Below are positions 10,503 through 19,418 of a stretch of DNA of 64,000 nucleotides, one piece after another. The number at the start of each line of letters is the position of its first letter. Positions within the stretch are counted from its first letter, which is position 1. Origin of the DNA: Candidatus Oxydemutatoraceae bacterium (GTDB lineage: Bacteria; Pseudomonadota; Gammaproteobacteria; Poriferisulfidales; Oxydemutatoraceae); assembly GCA_965220085.1 (NCBI GenBank), contig CBDCOZ010000003.1:672001-736000 (forward strand), given 5' to 3'. Made by a program: the position numbers and the translations under genes. Under the pieces are notes generated by a model. It saw only the letters and a program-made list of their open reading frames with translations. It ran no database searches and was not told the DNA's origin.

Positions 10503-11391
10503 CTACCGCAACGGGCCTTCTAAGAAGAGACGCAAGCGCAAGCGCACATCGGAAGACACCAGGTTGATGGTCATGGTATGTTGTGCGCTGGATGCCGTGC
10601 CATCGCCATCGCCGACGGTGAATCTGAAGCTGGCAAAGTTGGCGGCGGGGGTGGTGTTGGCCGGGGGATGATACCTGAGGGTGCTGATGACATCCCGGCT
10701 GAGGGAGGTGCCGTCGGTGACCGCCACCTGGGAGCTGCCGCTGGCTCTGGTCAGGGTGCCCTTGCCCGATGCTATGGTTTCAACTATGGTTACGCTGGCC
10801 AGGTCGCTGGTCTCCTCGTCCATGAATGGGAAGTCATCGGCCATGAAAATATATGGATTTTCCGCGGTTGCGGCGGAGGACACATTCACAGAGGCATCGT
10901 CGCTGGTGGGCGCATCATTGACAGCGACCACAGCGGTGGCTATCTGCAGGCATCGATTGTCCGTATTGCCGGCGCTGTCGAGAGTGTCCGCGCAGACCCG
11001 CAGATACTTGCCCACATTGGCCTGCAACGGCGTGAAAGTGCCACCGGCGTGAGCGTAAGTGTAGGTGCCGCCATTGGCGTCGGCCTGAAACCATCTCCAA
11101 GATGTGACGTGGACGTCGGTGGTTGGCGTACTGTCAGGGTCCTCAATGGTGCCCTTGTTGGCGGTGATGGGGGAGTCCTCAGTGGGGACGTTTATGCCGC
11201 TGGCGTAGGTGACGGCGGGTTCCCCGGTGGCGTTGCCCTGCGCCTGCGCTTGAGTGCAGACAACAAACAGCACTGGCAACATCAGCGAGCAGAGGCTACG
11301 CCGAGTTAGTCTTGCCCGCCCATTAGGGGGGGGGGGGGGGGGGGGGGGTAGTATTAAAAGTATTTTGGTTCATGTTATTTTGTCGGATCAT
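10503..11391 (-). CDS. FLEGPLR-tag family protein B; poly-C23 frameshift (OFF; -1 C restores frame)
   Basis: GGAG RBS, ATG 11391 (MIRQNNMNQNTFNTT-polyP). TAA follows the tract immediately. The -1 frame gives NGRARLTRRSLCSLMLPVLFVVCTQAQA, then two Ig/cadherin-like modules. Ends VRLRLRLFLEGPLR*. Confidence 0.8.
11326..11348 (-). repeat. Poly-C23 tract
   Basis: G23 on the + strand. Confidence 0.9.
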
Positions 11392-11665
11392 AATCTTACT
11401 CCAAATAAATGTAGTTGTGCGGTATATGTACACAAGCTAATGAGGCACAAACAATACTCAATTGTTTGTGCCTTCTTGATGAGGCACAAACGGTATAAGA
11501 GCACAAACAACTCAGTTGTTTGTGTGTCCTTAGATTGTTGTTTGTGTGTTTTTAATCTAATTGTCTGTGGTTTCTGCAAATTGTTTGCACTCCATCACTG
11601 TTTGCGCTCCACAAACTGTTTGTGGATTGTTTAATGTTACACCATACCATAAATTCAGTCATTCA

Positions 11666-11921
11666 CAAGTTTAATCGTTGCTCTCCTCCTCATGAATTTC
11701 GTTGCACCATATGGATTTCGTTGCACTATACCGCAAGTGCGGTCATTTGCAAGTTTAATCGTTGCTCTCCTCCTCATGAATTTCGTTGCACCATATGGAT
11801 TTCGTTGCACTATACCACAAGTGCGGTCATTTGCAAGTTTAATCGTTGCTCTCCTCCTCATGAATTTCGTTGCACCATATGGATTTCGTTGCACTATACC
11901 ACAAGTGCGGTCATTTGCAAG
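11666..11921 (-). repeat. Three tandem 84-bp copies, each containing the family promoter TTGCAA-N16-TATAGT
   Basis: Units start at 11666, 11750 and 11834. Promoter motifs at 11725-11752, 11809-11836 and 11893-11920. Confidence 0.9.
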
Positions 11922-12085
11922 CGCTTTTTTATCAAGCCTCAACGACTGCCTCCGGCGACCGGTTGCGTCGTCGTTGCGAGGTGTCGCTATTGCCTGTTGG
12001 CTTTTGTTGAAGCCGGCAATCCGGAATGTTTCTGGCATTATGCAGCCTTCGGTTGCAATCGCAGCAGAGGCGGTATAATGGGCGA

Positions 12086-12745
12086 ATGCGCGTAATACTT
12101 ATATTTGCCTTGCTTGTATCTCCGTCCTTTGCCGACAAGGATGTCCCGCATCCGGTGACCGAAAGAGGGGCAGGCCGCTTTCAATTGCCGCCCGATATCA
12201 GCGCTTTCTCGGATGACCGGTTGCTCGCTATCAAAGAAGAGTATTTGGGACATCTGCAACGTTACCAGAAACTGGAAACCGATAAGGAGGCGCGTCAGGA
12301 GTTGTTTGAGGCTCTGCGTATGTATAACGAGGAACGCGCTAAAATTTCCGCAGTGATTCCGCAGTTAATCAAGGCGTATCAAGTCGATCGGGAGTACGCC
12401 GACAAGATGCGCGCCTATGCCGAACGCTTTGCGCAGATACACGACGAATACCACGATCAGGTGCGCAAACTGTCCGACTACAAATCCTATGATTTCAGGT
12501 TGGGCATTACGTATATATCGTTCCTGAAGATGTTAGAGGAATCTCCGGACCTTTACGGCAAGTTGCGGCGCGATATGGATGATGAGAAGTCTGTAATCGG
12601 GGGGTATGTCAAGCGTCTTGAAGCGGCATCCCAAGCGGTTGCGAGTGTGAGCGGTCAAATTGAAGAGATTCATGTCATACGAGAACTTGAAGTCGCGCTG
12701 AAAAGGGTGGAAGAAGAATTGCTGGCGCGAATTGCCGACGATTGA
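12086..12745 (+). CDS. Hypothetical secreted alpha-helical protein
   Basis: Signal-like MRVILIFALLVSPSFA, then a charged coiled-coil-like body. Confidence 0.7.
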   Translation: MRVILIFALLVSPSFADKDVPHPVTERGAGRFQLPPDISAFSDDRLLAIKEEYLGHLQRYQKLETDKEARQELFEALRMYNEERAKISAVIPQLIKAYQVDREYADKMRAYAERFAQIHDEYHDQVRKLSDYKSYDFRLGITYISFLKMLEESPDLYGKLRRDMDDEKSVIGGYVKRLEAASQAVASVSGQIEEIHVIRELEVALKRVEEELLARIADD

Positions 12746-13636
12746 TCAAGGTTCTTTCGCGCCGGCGCCGGTCTGTGTTGTCAGCTTTCTTGCGATATCA
12801 AAGACGGCATCCGCATCGAGCGCCCGATCATTGTCATCAAACAGCGCCTTGATACAGGCGCGCTGTAACTTGAGCTTCAAGGCTCCGATTCCAAGGCCGC
12901 CAAAAACCATCTTGCCATCGCGCGGCGTCGCATAGTCGCTCGCCTCTATGCCTTCAAACCCGGTCGGCGGACGGGTATTCACATCGGCGATTGCCCGGAG
13001 TTTTGCGAGCGCGCTCCACTGCGAACGGCTCGCCAGCCGGACGCCGGTCTTGCCCGTAGCGACCGCCATATCGGCCTCTTGCAACGCGCTTTGCGTTTGC
13101 TCGTCGTCGCCGCATTCAATCGGCGTCGGTCGCGTTCCGAACTCTGCGGCAATGGAATCACACGCCTTGCGCGCGCGCGCAAGCGTGCGCGAACTCAGCA
13201 GGACATTCTGCGCGCCGCGCTTTAGCATCATGACGGCGGCCCGCTGGCCGACCGGGCCGGTGCCGGCCAACACCACGGCGGTTTTGCCTTTGACCGGAAA
13301 ATGCGCATCGAGCAGAGCGACGGCGGCGGCGGCGGTGGTGTTGCAACCGTTGCTGTCCAACATGACAGAGACGCGAAAGTTGGCAAAAAAGCGACTCCGC
13401 ACGGCTTTGAATAATTTCTGTCCGCTGTCAAGGTCGCTGCCGCCGACAAATATCGCGGTATTCTTTTTGTGCTTCGCCGCGCGGGTATACATCGCGCCTT
13501 CGGTTAACGCCGCGCAGTTGTCTTCGTTGATTCCGGCATACTGGATCAGATGATCGGCGCCGCCGTCATAAGCAACGACCGCGTCAAACGAGCTAGGGAT
13601 AGAATCGGTATCAAAATGTAGCAGCAGTTTTTTCAT
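12746..13636 (-). CDS. mtdA: NADP-dependent methylene-H4F/H4MPT dehydrogenase
   Basis: MKKLLLHFDTD..PSSFD.VVAYDGGADH, TAIFVGG, RVSVMLDSNGCNTTAAA and AGTGPVG closely match recalled Methylorubrum MtdA. Confidence 0.85.
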   Translation of the reverse strand: MKKLLLHFDTDSIPSSFDAVVAYDGGADHLIQYAGINEDNCAALTEGAMYTRAAKHKKNTAIFVGGSDLDSGQKLFKAVRSRFFANFRVSVMLDSNGCNTTAAAAVALLDAHFPVKGKTAVVLAGTGPVGQRAAVMMLKRGAQNVLLSSRTLARARKACDSIAAEFGTRPTPIECGDDEQTQSALQEADMAVATGKTGVRLASRSQWSALAKLRAIADVNTRPPTGFEGIEASDYATPRDGKMVFGGLGIGALKLKLQRACIKALFDDNDRALDADAVFDIARKLTTQTGAGAKEP

Positions 13637-13655
13637 TTGTATTACTTACAGGGTG

Positions 13656-13739
13656 TGCCGAGAAGAGGACTTGAACCTCCACGGGGTTGCCCCCACTGGC
13701 ACCTGAAGCCAGCGCGTCTGCCAATTCCGCCACCTCGGC
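13656..13739 (-). tRNA. tRNA-Leu(CAG)
   Basis: GCCGAGGTGGCGGAATTGGCAGACGCG CTGGC-TTCAGGT-GCCAG, long variable arm, GGTTCAAGTCC. Confidence 0.95.
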
Positions 13740-13786
13740 AATAGTTATTCAGTGTAGAATGGCTTGCTGAAAGGGCACAATAGTAT

Positions 13787-15946
13787 ATGATGCCCGTTTT
13801 ATGTCAAATGCGTTTTTCCCACACAAACCAACCGCGACGGACGACAGCCCGCATACCGACACGACAAGAAATCTATGATGCGCTGTGCGATAGCGCGTCC
13901 GCGCCGTTGCGGTTTGAGCGGATATTGAAGCTCTTCGGCTTGAAAAGTCCGGCTTCCCGTCACGCCTTGCTGAACCGTCTCAATGCCATGTTGCGCAGCG
14001 GCGAGATCACCTGCGCCGATGCCCGCTACGGCCCGGCGCCCGATTGCCACAGCCAATCTATCGAGGGGATTGTGACGCGCAAGGACGGCAAATTATTTCT
14101 GCGCTCCGATGCCGAAGACATTCCGTTGCCGCAGCGTCTTGCGCGGCGGCTCTTTGTCAATGACAAGATCCGTTTGCGTTTGGTCGGCGCGGACAAAGCA
14201 TCGTTGCGCCCGGTTGCGGCGGAAGTGTCCGAGCGCAGCCACGAGATAATCGGAGTGTTTCGCGCGCGCGACAGCGTCGTTGTTTCGCTGCAAGACGACA
14301 CGCCGATACGCGTTGACAAAAAGGCCGCCCAAGGCATCGCCGACGGCGCGACGGTGGCGGCAAAATTATCGCCGCCGACGTTTCTTGGCGAAGAGTTGGC
14401 GGCGGCATCGGTCGCGGTGCGCAAGCAAACGAATATTGCGGCGCTTGAGATAGATTTGGCAATACGCAACTTTGGTTTGCCCGAGCGCTGGCCGGATGCG
14501 GCGCTGCGCGAGAGCGAGACCATCGCCGACAAAGTGCGCCGCAAACCGTCCAAAGTCCGGCGTGATCTGCGCGACAAATGCTTTGTGACGATAGACGGCG
14601 AGGATGCCAAGGATTTTGATGACGCGATTTTGGTCGAACATACGGACGGCAAGACCTATCTGTCGGTTGCGATTGCCGATGTCGCGTCCTATGTCGCGCC
14701 GGGCAGCGCCTTGGACAAGGAAGCGTACCTGCGAGGGAATTCGATTTATTTTCCGGGCAAGGTGATTCCTATGTTGCCGCCGATGTTGTCCGACGGCTTG
14801 TGTTCCTTGCGCCCGGGCGAAGATCGGCTTGCCATGGTGTGCGCGATGTGCCTGTCATCGGACGGCGAACTGGGCGACTATCGGATTTTCCCGGCGGTAA
14901 TTCGTTCGCATGCGCGGCTGACATACGGGAATGTCGCGGCCTTTCTGGCCAGGAAAGGGGCATTGCGCGATGCCCCTCGCGGTGTGGCGACGATGCTGCG
15001 CAACGCCTATAAACTTTGGCAAGTTCTGCATCGGGCGCGGCGCCGGCGCGGCGCGCTCGATCTGGATGTGCCGAGCGCATACGTTGCGTTCGATGCCCAA
15101 GGCGGGTTTCGCTCGGCCGAGCCGCTCGTGCGCAACGATGCGCACCGCATGATCGAAGAGTTCATGATTTGCGCGAATGTGGCGGCCGCCCGTTTTTTGT
15201 CACAGCACAAAGCCGCGTATCTGCGCCGCGTACATCAGGGTTTGAAGGAAGACGGCTTGGATAGTCTGAATGACTTTTTGCGCGATCTAAAGCTGCGGGC
15301 GAAGGACGAGACGCCTTCCGATATCGCCGCATTGTTGAACGAAGCGGAAACGCACCAACACAAGCAACTGATACATCTGGTTATCCTGCGCTTGCTCGCC
15401 CGCGCCGTCTATGCGCCGCTCGATAGCGGACATTTTGGTCTGGCGCTGGAGAAATATGCGCATTTTACTTCGCCGATCCGTCGCTACCCCGACCTGCTGG
15501 CGCATCGCGCGATTCATGCCGCGTTGGGTTTGCCGGCGGGACAAAAGCACGGCGACAAGAGTTTGACCGACATCGGAATCCATTGTTCGGAAACAGAAAA
15601 GCGCGCCGACGATGCGACCAGAGACATCGACCGTTGCTTTAAGTGCCATCTCTTGCAGAAACATGTCGGAAGTGTTTTCAACGCATGCGCGCAGGGCATA
15701 ACCGATTTCGGCATGTTTATGGAAATCGAAGGGATGTATGTTGACGGCTTGCTGCATATAAGCAAGCTCGGCGATGACTATTACCATTATGATTCCCGTT
15801 CCCAATCGTTGCGAGGGGAGCGCAACGGCGCGGTCTATCGTTTGGGATCACGGATGAAAGTGCGCATTGTCCGGGTGGACCCCGCTAAGCGGGAAGTGGA
15901 CATAGTGCCCGCGAATCAGAGCGCCCGGCGCGGGAGAAAGCGCTAG
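13787..15946 (+). CDS. rnr: Ribonuclease R
   Basis: FVTIDGEDAKDFDDA, HFTSPIRRYPDL, C-terminal S1 domain; start may be 13808. Confidence 0.93.
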   Translation: MMPVLCQMRFSHTNQPRRTTARIPTRQEIYDALCDSASAPLRFERILKLFGLKSPASRHALLNRLNAMLRSGEITCADARYGPAPDCHSQSIEGIVTRKDGKLFLRSDAEDIPLPQRLARRLFVNDKIRLRLVGADKASLRPVAAEVSERSHEIIGVFRARDSVVVSLQDDTPIRVDKKAAQGIADGATVAAKLSPPTFLGEELAAASVAVRKQTNIAALEIDLAIRNFGLPERWPDAALRESETIADKVRRKPSKVRRDLRDKCFVTIDGEDAKDFDDAILVEHTDGKTYLSVAIADVASYVAPGSALDKEAYLRGNSIYFPGKVIPMLPPMLSDGLCSLRPGEDRLAMVCAMCLSSDGELGDYRIFPAVIRSHARLTYGNVAAFLARKGALRDAPRGVATMLRNAYKLWQVLHRARRRRGALDLDVPSAYVAFDAQGGFRSAEPLVRNDAHRMIEEFMICANVAAARFLSQHKAAYLRRVHQGLKEDGLDSLNDFLRDLKLRAKDETPSDIAALLNEAETHQHKQLIHLVILRLLARAVYAPLDSGHFGLALEKYAHFTSPIRRYPDLLAHRAIHAALGLPAGQKHGDKSLTDIGIHCSETEKRADDATRDIDRCFKCHLLQKHVGSVFNACAQGITDFGMFMEIEGMYVDGLLHISKLGDDYYHYDSRSQSLRGERNGAVYRLGSRMKVRIVRVDPAKREVDIVPANQSARRGRKR

Positions 15947-16168
15947 TTCATATCCGTTGTTTTCTTTGGGCATAAAACCGAAGGCGAATCATGCCAGAAA
16001 CATTGCGGGTTGCCGGCTTCAAGCCGCAATAGCAAGCCATCGCCGCCGATAGCCAAGATTTCCATATAAATAGCCGCTTCCGCCGCAAAAGAGGCGGCTA
16101 TCAGTGATAAGGCCAAAGCGCGAAGCCTTGCCCTGTGTGCCCAATATGTCACGGCATCCTACAGGCGC

Positions 16169-16196
16169 TTGCAAATAACTTGCACTGTGGTATAGT
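16169..16196 (+). promoter_or_regulatory. Family promoter TTGCAA-N16-TATAGT (extended -10, TGn)
   Basis: Conserved copies at 20658, 23293 and 62905, plus minus-strand copies. Confidence 0.6.
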
Positions 16197-16339
16197 GCGG
16201 TTTAGAAAGGATGGTCGGAGACGCTGGCGCTGTTTTTCTTGCAAAAGGCTTGCGCTTTGCAGCAGACTGCGGCATACGGTGCTAAGAGCACCGACGTATA
16301 ACTTGTATTTACCGGAGATAAACCATGAGGAGTAATAGC

Positions 16340-17528
16340 ATGAATCGACAGACTTCTAATACTTCCCCCTCAAGCAGGCGGAAGATCTTGCATTTGCAGG
16401 CATGTAGTGCGAAGCAAAAAACGTTAATACTACCCCCCCCCCCCCCCCCGCTATGTAAATAAGGGGATTGCGGGCGTTTCGCCGTCTCGCCTCTTCACCC
16501 GTTTTTTATCACCCGCATATCGCAACCCGCCATCCGCCGTAGCGCGGCTGCGTTGCCCGGCTGTGCCCGGTCTGCGGCTTTCGCTATGGCGGCGATTTGT
16601 GGCGCTCTTTGCGCCCGCACGGGCGGCGGCGCCGACCGACGGGGTTGCATCAAGAACTGCCATGCATTGCCTGCTGGCATTGTCCCTGGCATTGGGCGCA
16701 ACCTGCGCCTCGGCCCAGACAAGCGGCATCCCCGCCGCCCAGGATATCAGCATTGATGCCGAGGTTTGGGGTAGTTCCTACGAGTTTGCTCTCAACGACT
16801 TTGCCTTCAAAAATGCGGATGGCAGCCCCACCACCAGAAGTGATTTCGTCGTGGAAATAGCCACTTTGCCTGACCGTGGCATATTGGTTAAAAGAAGCGG
16901 GCGGGTTATTCGCATCAATCAGGTGCAGAGTGCGATCCACCCTTCCGACTTAAGGGGAGGCGAGTCTTTGCAATTACTCTGGGTGCCTCCCTCTGATGTC
17001 ATTTCCGAAACCCCCGGCTATACCAGTTTCACTTATCGCGGCTACAGTTTCAGGGATCCCAGCACCTACAGTTCGCATGGCACCGTCACCATCAATATGG
17101 TGGCGCTTCGCGAAGCGCAACAAATCGCCGATGGTGCGCCCACGGTGACGGGTAGCACGGGCATTTCATATGATGTCAATGCGCCGCTGACGGCTTCCAT
17201 CTATGGCGTGACTGATCGCAACGGCATTGATACAAGCACCCTGGGCTGGAAGTGGCAACAGGCCGATGCGCCCGTCAGCGGTGTTCCCGCAGACAGCGCC
17301 TACATTGACATAGCGGGCACCATGACAACGGGCGGCCTCACCTCCGCCTTCACGCCGCGCGCCGCCCATGTCGGCAAATACATTCGCGTATGCGCCTCCT
17401 TCAAGGACCAGCACCCCATGCCGGAATCCGAGGAGCAATGCACCATCGGTCTTCCTGTGGAAGGTGCGTCGTCCGGCGCAAGTTTGCGTTTGCGTCTGCG
17501 TCTCTTTCTGGAAGGGCCGTTGCGGTAA
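16340..17528 (+). CDS. FLEGPLR-tag family protein C; poly-C17 frameshift (OFF; -1 C restores frame)
   Basis: GAGGAG RBS, MNRQTSNTS... and C17 at 16433-16449, then CTA TGT AAA TAA. The -1 frame joins ORF 16563-17528, with h-region LLALSLALGATCASA. Confidence 0.8.
16433..16449 (+). repeat. Poly-C17 tract
   Basis: Direct count. Confidence 0.9.
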
Positions 17529-18631
17529 TGGAAACTTCACATAGGAGATATTTAAAAATGTTTGCAGTACTTACATCCATGCATCGCCTTGCGGGCATAG
17601 CGAGCGCTTCGCCGCATAAGCTTGCCGGTCGCTTTTTATCGCCCGCACATAGCAACCCGCCATCCGCAAAGCGGTGCGTGTCGGCTGTGCGCGGGTTGTC
17701 GCTGTGGTTGCGGTCTGTTGCGGTGCGGAAGGCAGGCGCCGGCGGCGCCGTAGCTGGATGCGCCATGCATTGCCTGCTGGCATTGTCCCTGGCGTTGGGC
17801 GCAACCTGCGCCTCGGCCCAGACAAGCGGCATCCCCGCCGCTCAGGATATCAGCATTGATGTCCCTGTTGGGAACCTTACCTACATCTTTCAGGAAAACG
17901 ACTTTGCCTTCAAAGATGCGGATGGCAGCACTGCCACCAGAAGCGAATTCGGCGTGGAACTCATCACTTTGCCTGACCGCGGCATATTGATTAGAAGAAA
18001 CGGAGGATTAATCCGCATCGATGGGACGAGACTCTTCGCTCCCACCTTTGACGCCGATTCTGGCAACAATCTGTTCTGGGTGCCTCCCTCTGATGCCATT
18101 TCTGCCGCCCCCGGCTATGCCAGTTTTGCTTATCGCGGCGTCGCTTTCAGCGATGTCAACGCCATAAGTTCGCATGGCACCGTCACCATCAATCTGGTCA
18201 TAGACGAAACCTCGCAGGTAGCCGCCACCGGTGTGCCCGCGGTGACGGGCGGCACGGGCGCTTCATATGGAATCAATGCGCCGCTGACGGCTTCCATCTA
18301 TGGCGTGGCTGATGACAATGGCATTGATACAAGCACCCTGAGCTGGAGGTGGGAAGAAGCCGATATCCCCGCCACCGGCACCTCTGTAGCCCGTGAGGAT
18401 GCCTACGGCGATATAGCGGGTGCCGCGACAACGGGCGGCATCACCTCCGGCTTCACGCCGCGCGCCGCCCATGTAGGCAAATACATTCGCGTATGCGCCT
18501 CCTTCAAGGACCAGCACCCCACGCCGAAAGACGAGAAGCGATGCAACGTCGGCGTTCCTGTGGTCAATCCGTCGTCCGGCTCAAGTCTGCGTTTGCGCCT
18601 GCGTCTCTTTCTGGAAGGGCCGTTGCGGTAA
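17528..18631 (+). CDS. FLEGPLR-tag family protein D, paralog of C; no poly-C
   Basis: ATG overlaps the stop of C (TAATG); alternative RBS-preceded ATG at 17558. Same signal peptide and two-module body as C. Confidence 0.85.
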   Translation: METSHRRYLKMFAVLTSMHRLAGIASASPHKLAGRFLSPAHSNPPSAKRCVSAVRGLSLWLRSVAVRKAGAGGAVAGCAMHCLLALSLALGATCASAQTSGIPAAQDISIDVPVGNLTYIFQENDFAFKDADGSTATRSEFGVELITLPDRGILIRRNGGLIRIDGTRLFAPTFDADSGNNLFWVPPSDAISAAPGYASFAYRGVAFSDVNAISSHGTVTINLVIDETSQVAATGVPAVTGGTGASYGINAPLTASIYGVADDNGIDTSTLSWRWEEADIPATGTSVAREDAYGDIAGAATTGGITSGFTPRAAHVGKYIRVCASFKDQHPTPKDEKRCNVGVPVVNPSSGSSLRLRLRLFLEGPLR

Positions 18632-18674
18632 TGGGAAACACACTTTATGTACAAACCACATCGGGAGTCATACT

Positions 18675-19418
18675 ATGAATAGACAAATTTCTAATACTGC
18701 CCCGCATTGGCGGGCAACACTCACCCGGCTTAGCCTCCGGTCGCCGATTGCGTCTTCACGCGGGGCGTCTGATTTAAGTTCGCATCATCTTAAAATTGCG
18801 GGAGGGATTTGCGCGGCGATGATGCTCGCTTGCGCATTCGCCGCGAACAGCGTGTCAGCGCAAACTTGTCCGCAGGGACAGGAAAATGTTCGCGGAACTT
18901 GCCGCAATGTTTGCGCCGACGGAGAAATGCGAATCACTTCCACAGTGTCGGGTTTCGAATTTAACACCGGTTGCTTTCCCGATGCGGAGATTGCCATTGT
19001 GGATGACTGCAGGGATGCGGGATGGGGGGACGGCACCGGCGACGGAGTCGGAATATTTTTTTCACTGGGGCTGTTGGGTTGCCAAATTCCGTCCGAGCTT
19101 TATGCCAGCACATCCTCGCGAGCAGACAGCCTCTGCTACATCCGAGGGGGCGCGCCATTATGCGCAGACATGTACGGCGCTCCGCCGGCTTTTCCGAAAG
19201 CCGCGGAACACCCCGATGTCACAGTAGGGTCCAATGCTTTCTTTGTGGCAAATTGCGACCGCAACGGGAATGTCCCCGGCGGTTATCCGCCGGACCGCAA
19301 CTTGAACGGCGAAACCGAATGCAGTTGCAATCCGGGTTCGCACTTCGGCGAATATCCGAACTGCGCTCCGGGCCCGCGTTTGCGTCTGCGTCTCTTTCTG
19401 GAAGGGCCGTTGCGGTAA
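18675..19418 (+). CDS. FLEGPLR-tag family protein E, Cys-rich secreted protein
   Basis: GGAG RBS, MNRQISNTAP leader with only a C4 run, signal ending VSA, many Cys (ANCDRNGNVPGGYPPDRNLNGETECSC), tag at end. Confidence 0.85.
   Translation: MNRQISNTAPHWRATLTRLSLRSPIASSRGASDLSSHHLKIAGGICAAMMLACAFAANSVSAQTCPQGQENVRGTCRNVCADGEMRITSTVSGFEFNTGCFPDAEIAIVDDCRDAGWGDGTGDGVGIFFSLGLLGCQIPSELYASTSSRADSLCYIRGGAPLCADMYGAPPAFPKAAEHPDVTVGSNAFFVANCDRNGNVPGGYPPDRNLNGETECSCNPGSHFGEYPNCAPGPRLRLRLFLEGPLR

Noticed and set aside
11666-11921. 84-bp and 161-bp repeats as CRISPR arrays
   Set aside because: They are contiguous tandem copies with no unique spacers.
11622-12095. Repetitive ORFs across the 84-bp repeat
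   Set aside because: Open on several frames only because the unit is a multiple of 3. There is no RBS, and the unit is a promoter motif.
17390-17527. ORF-track N-terminal extensions of D (from 17390) and F (from 19022)
   Set aside because: They are alternative-frame read-through of upstream genes C and E. The real starts are at the TAATG overlap or the RBS-preceded ATG 30 nt later.
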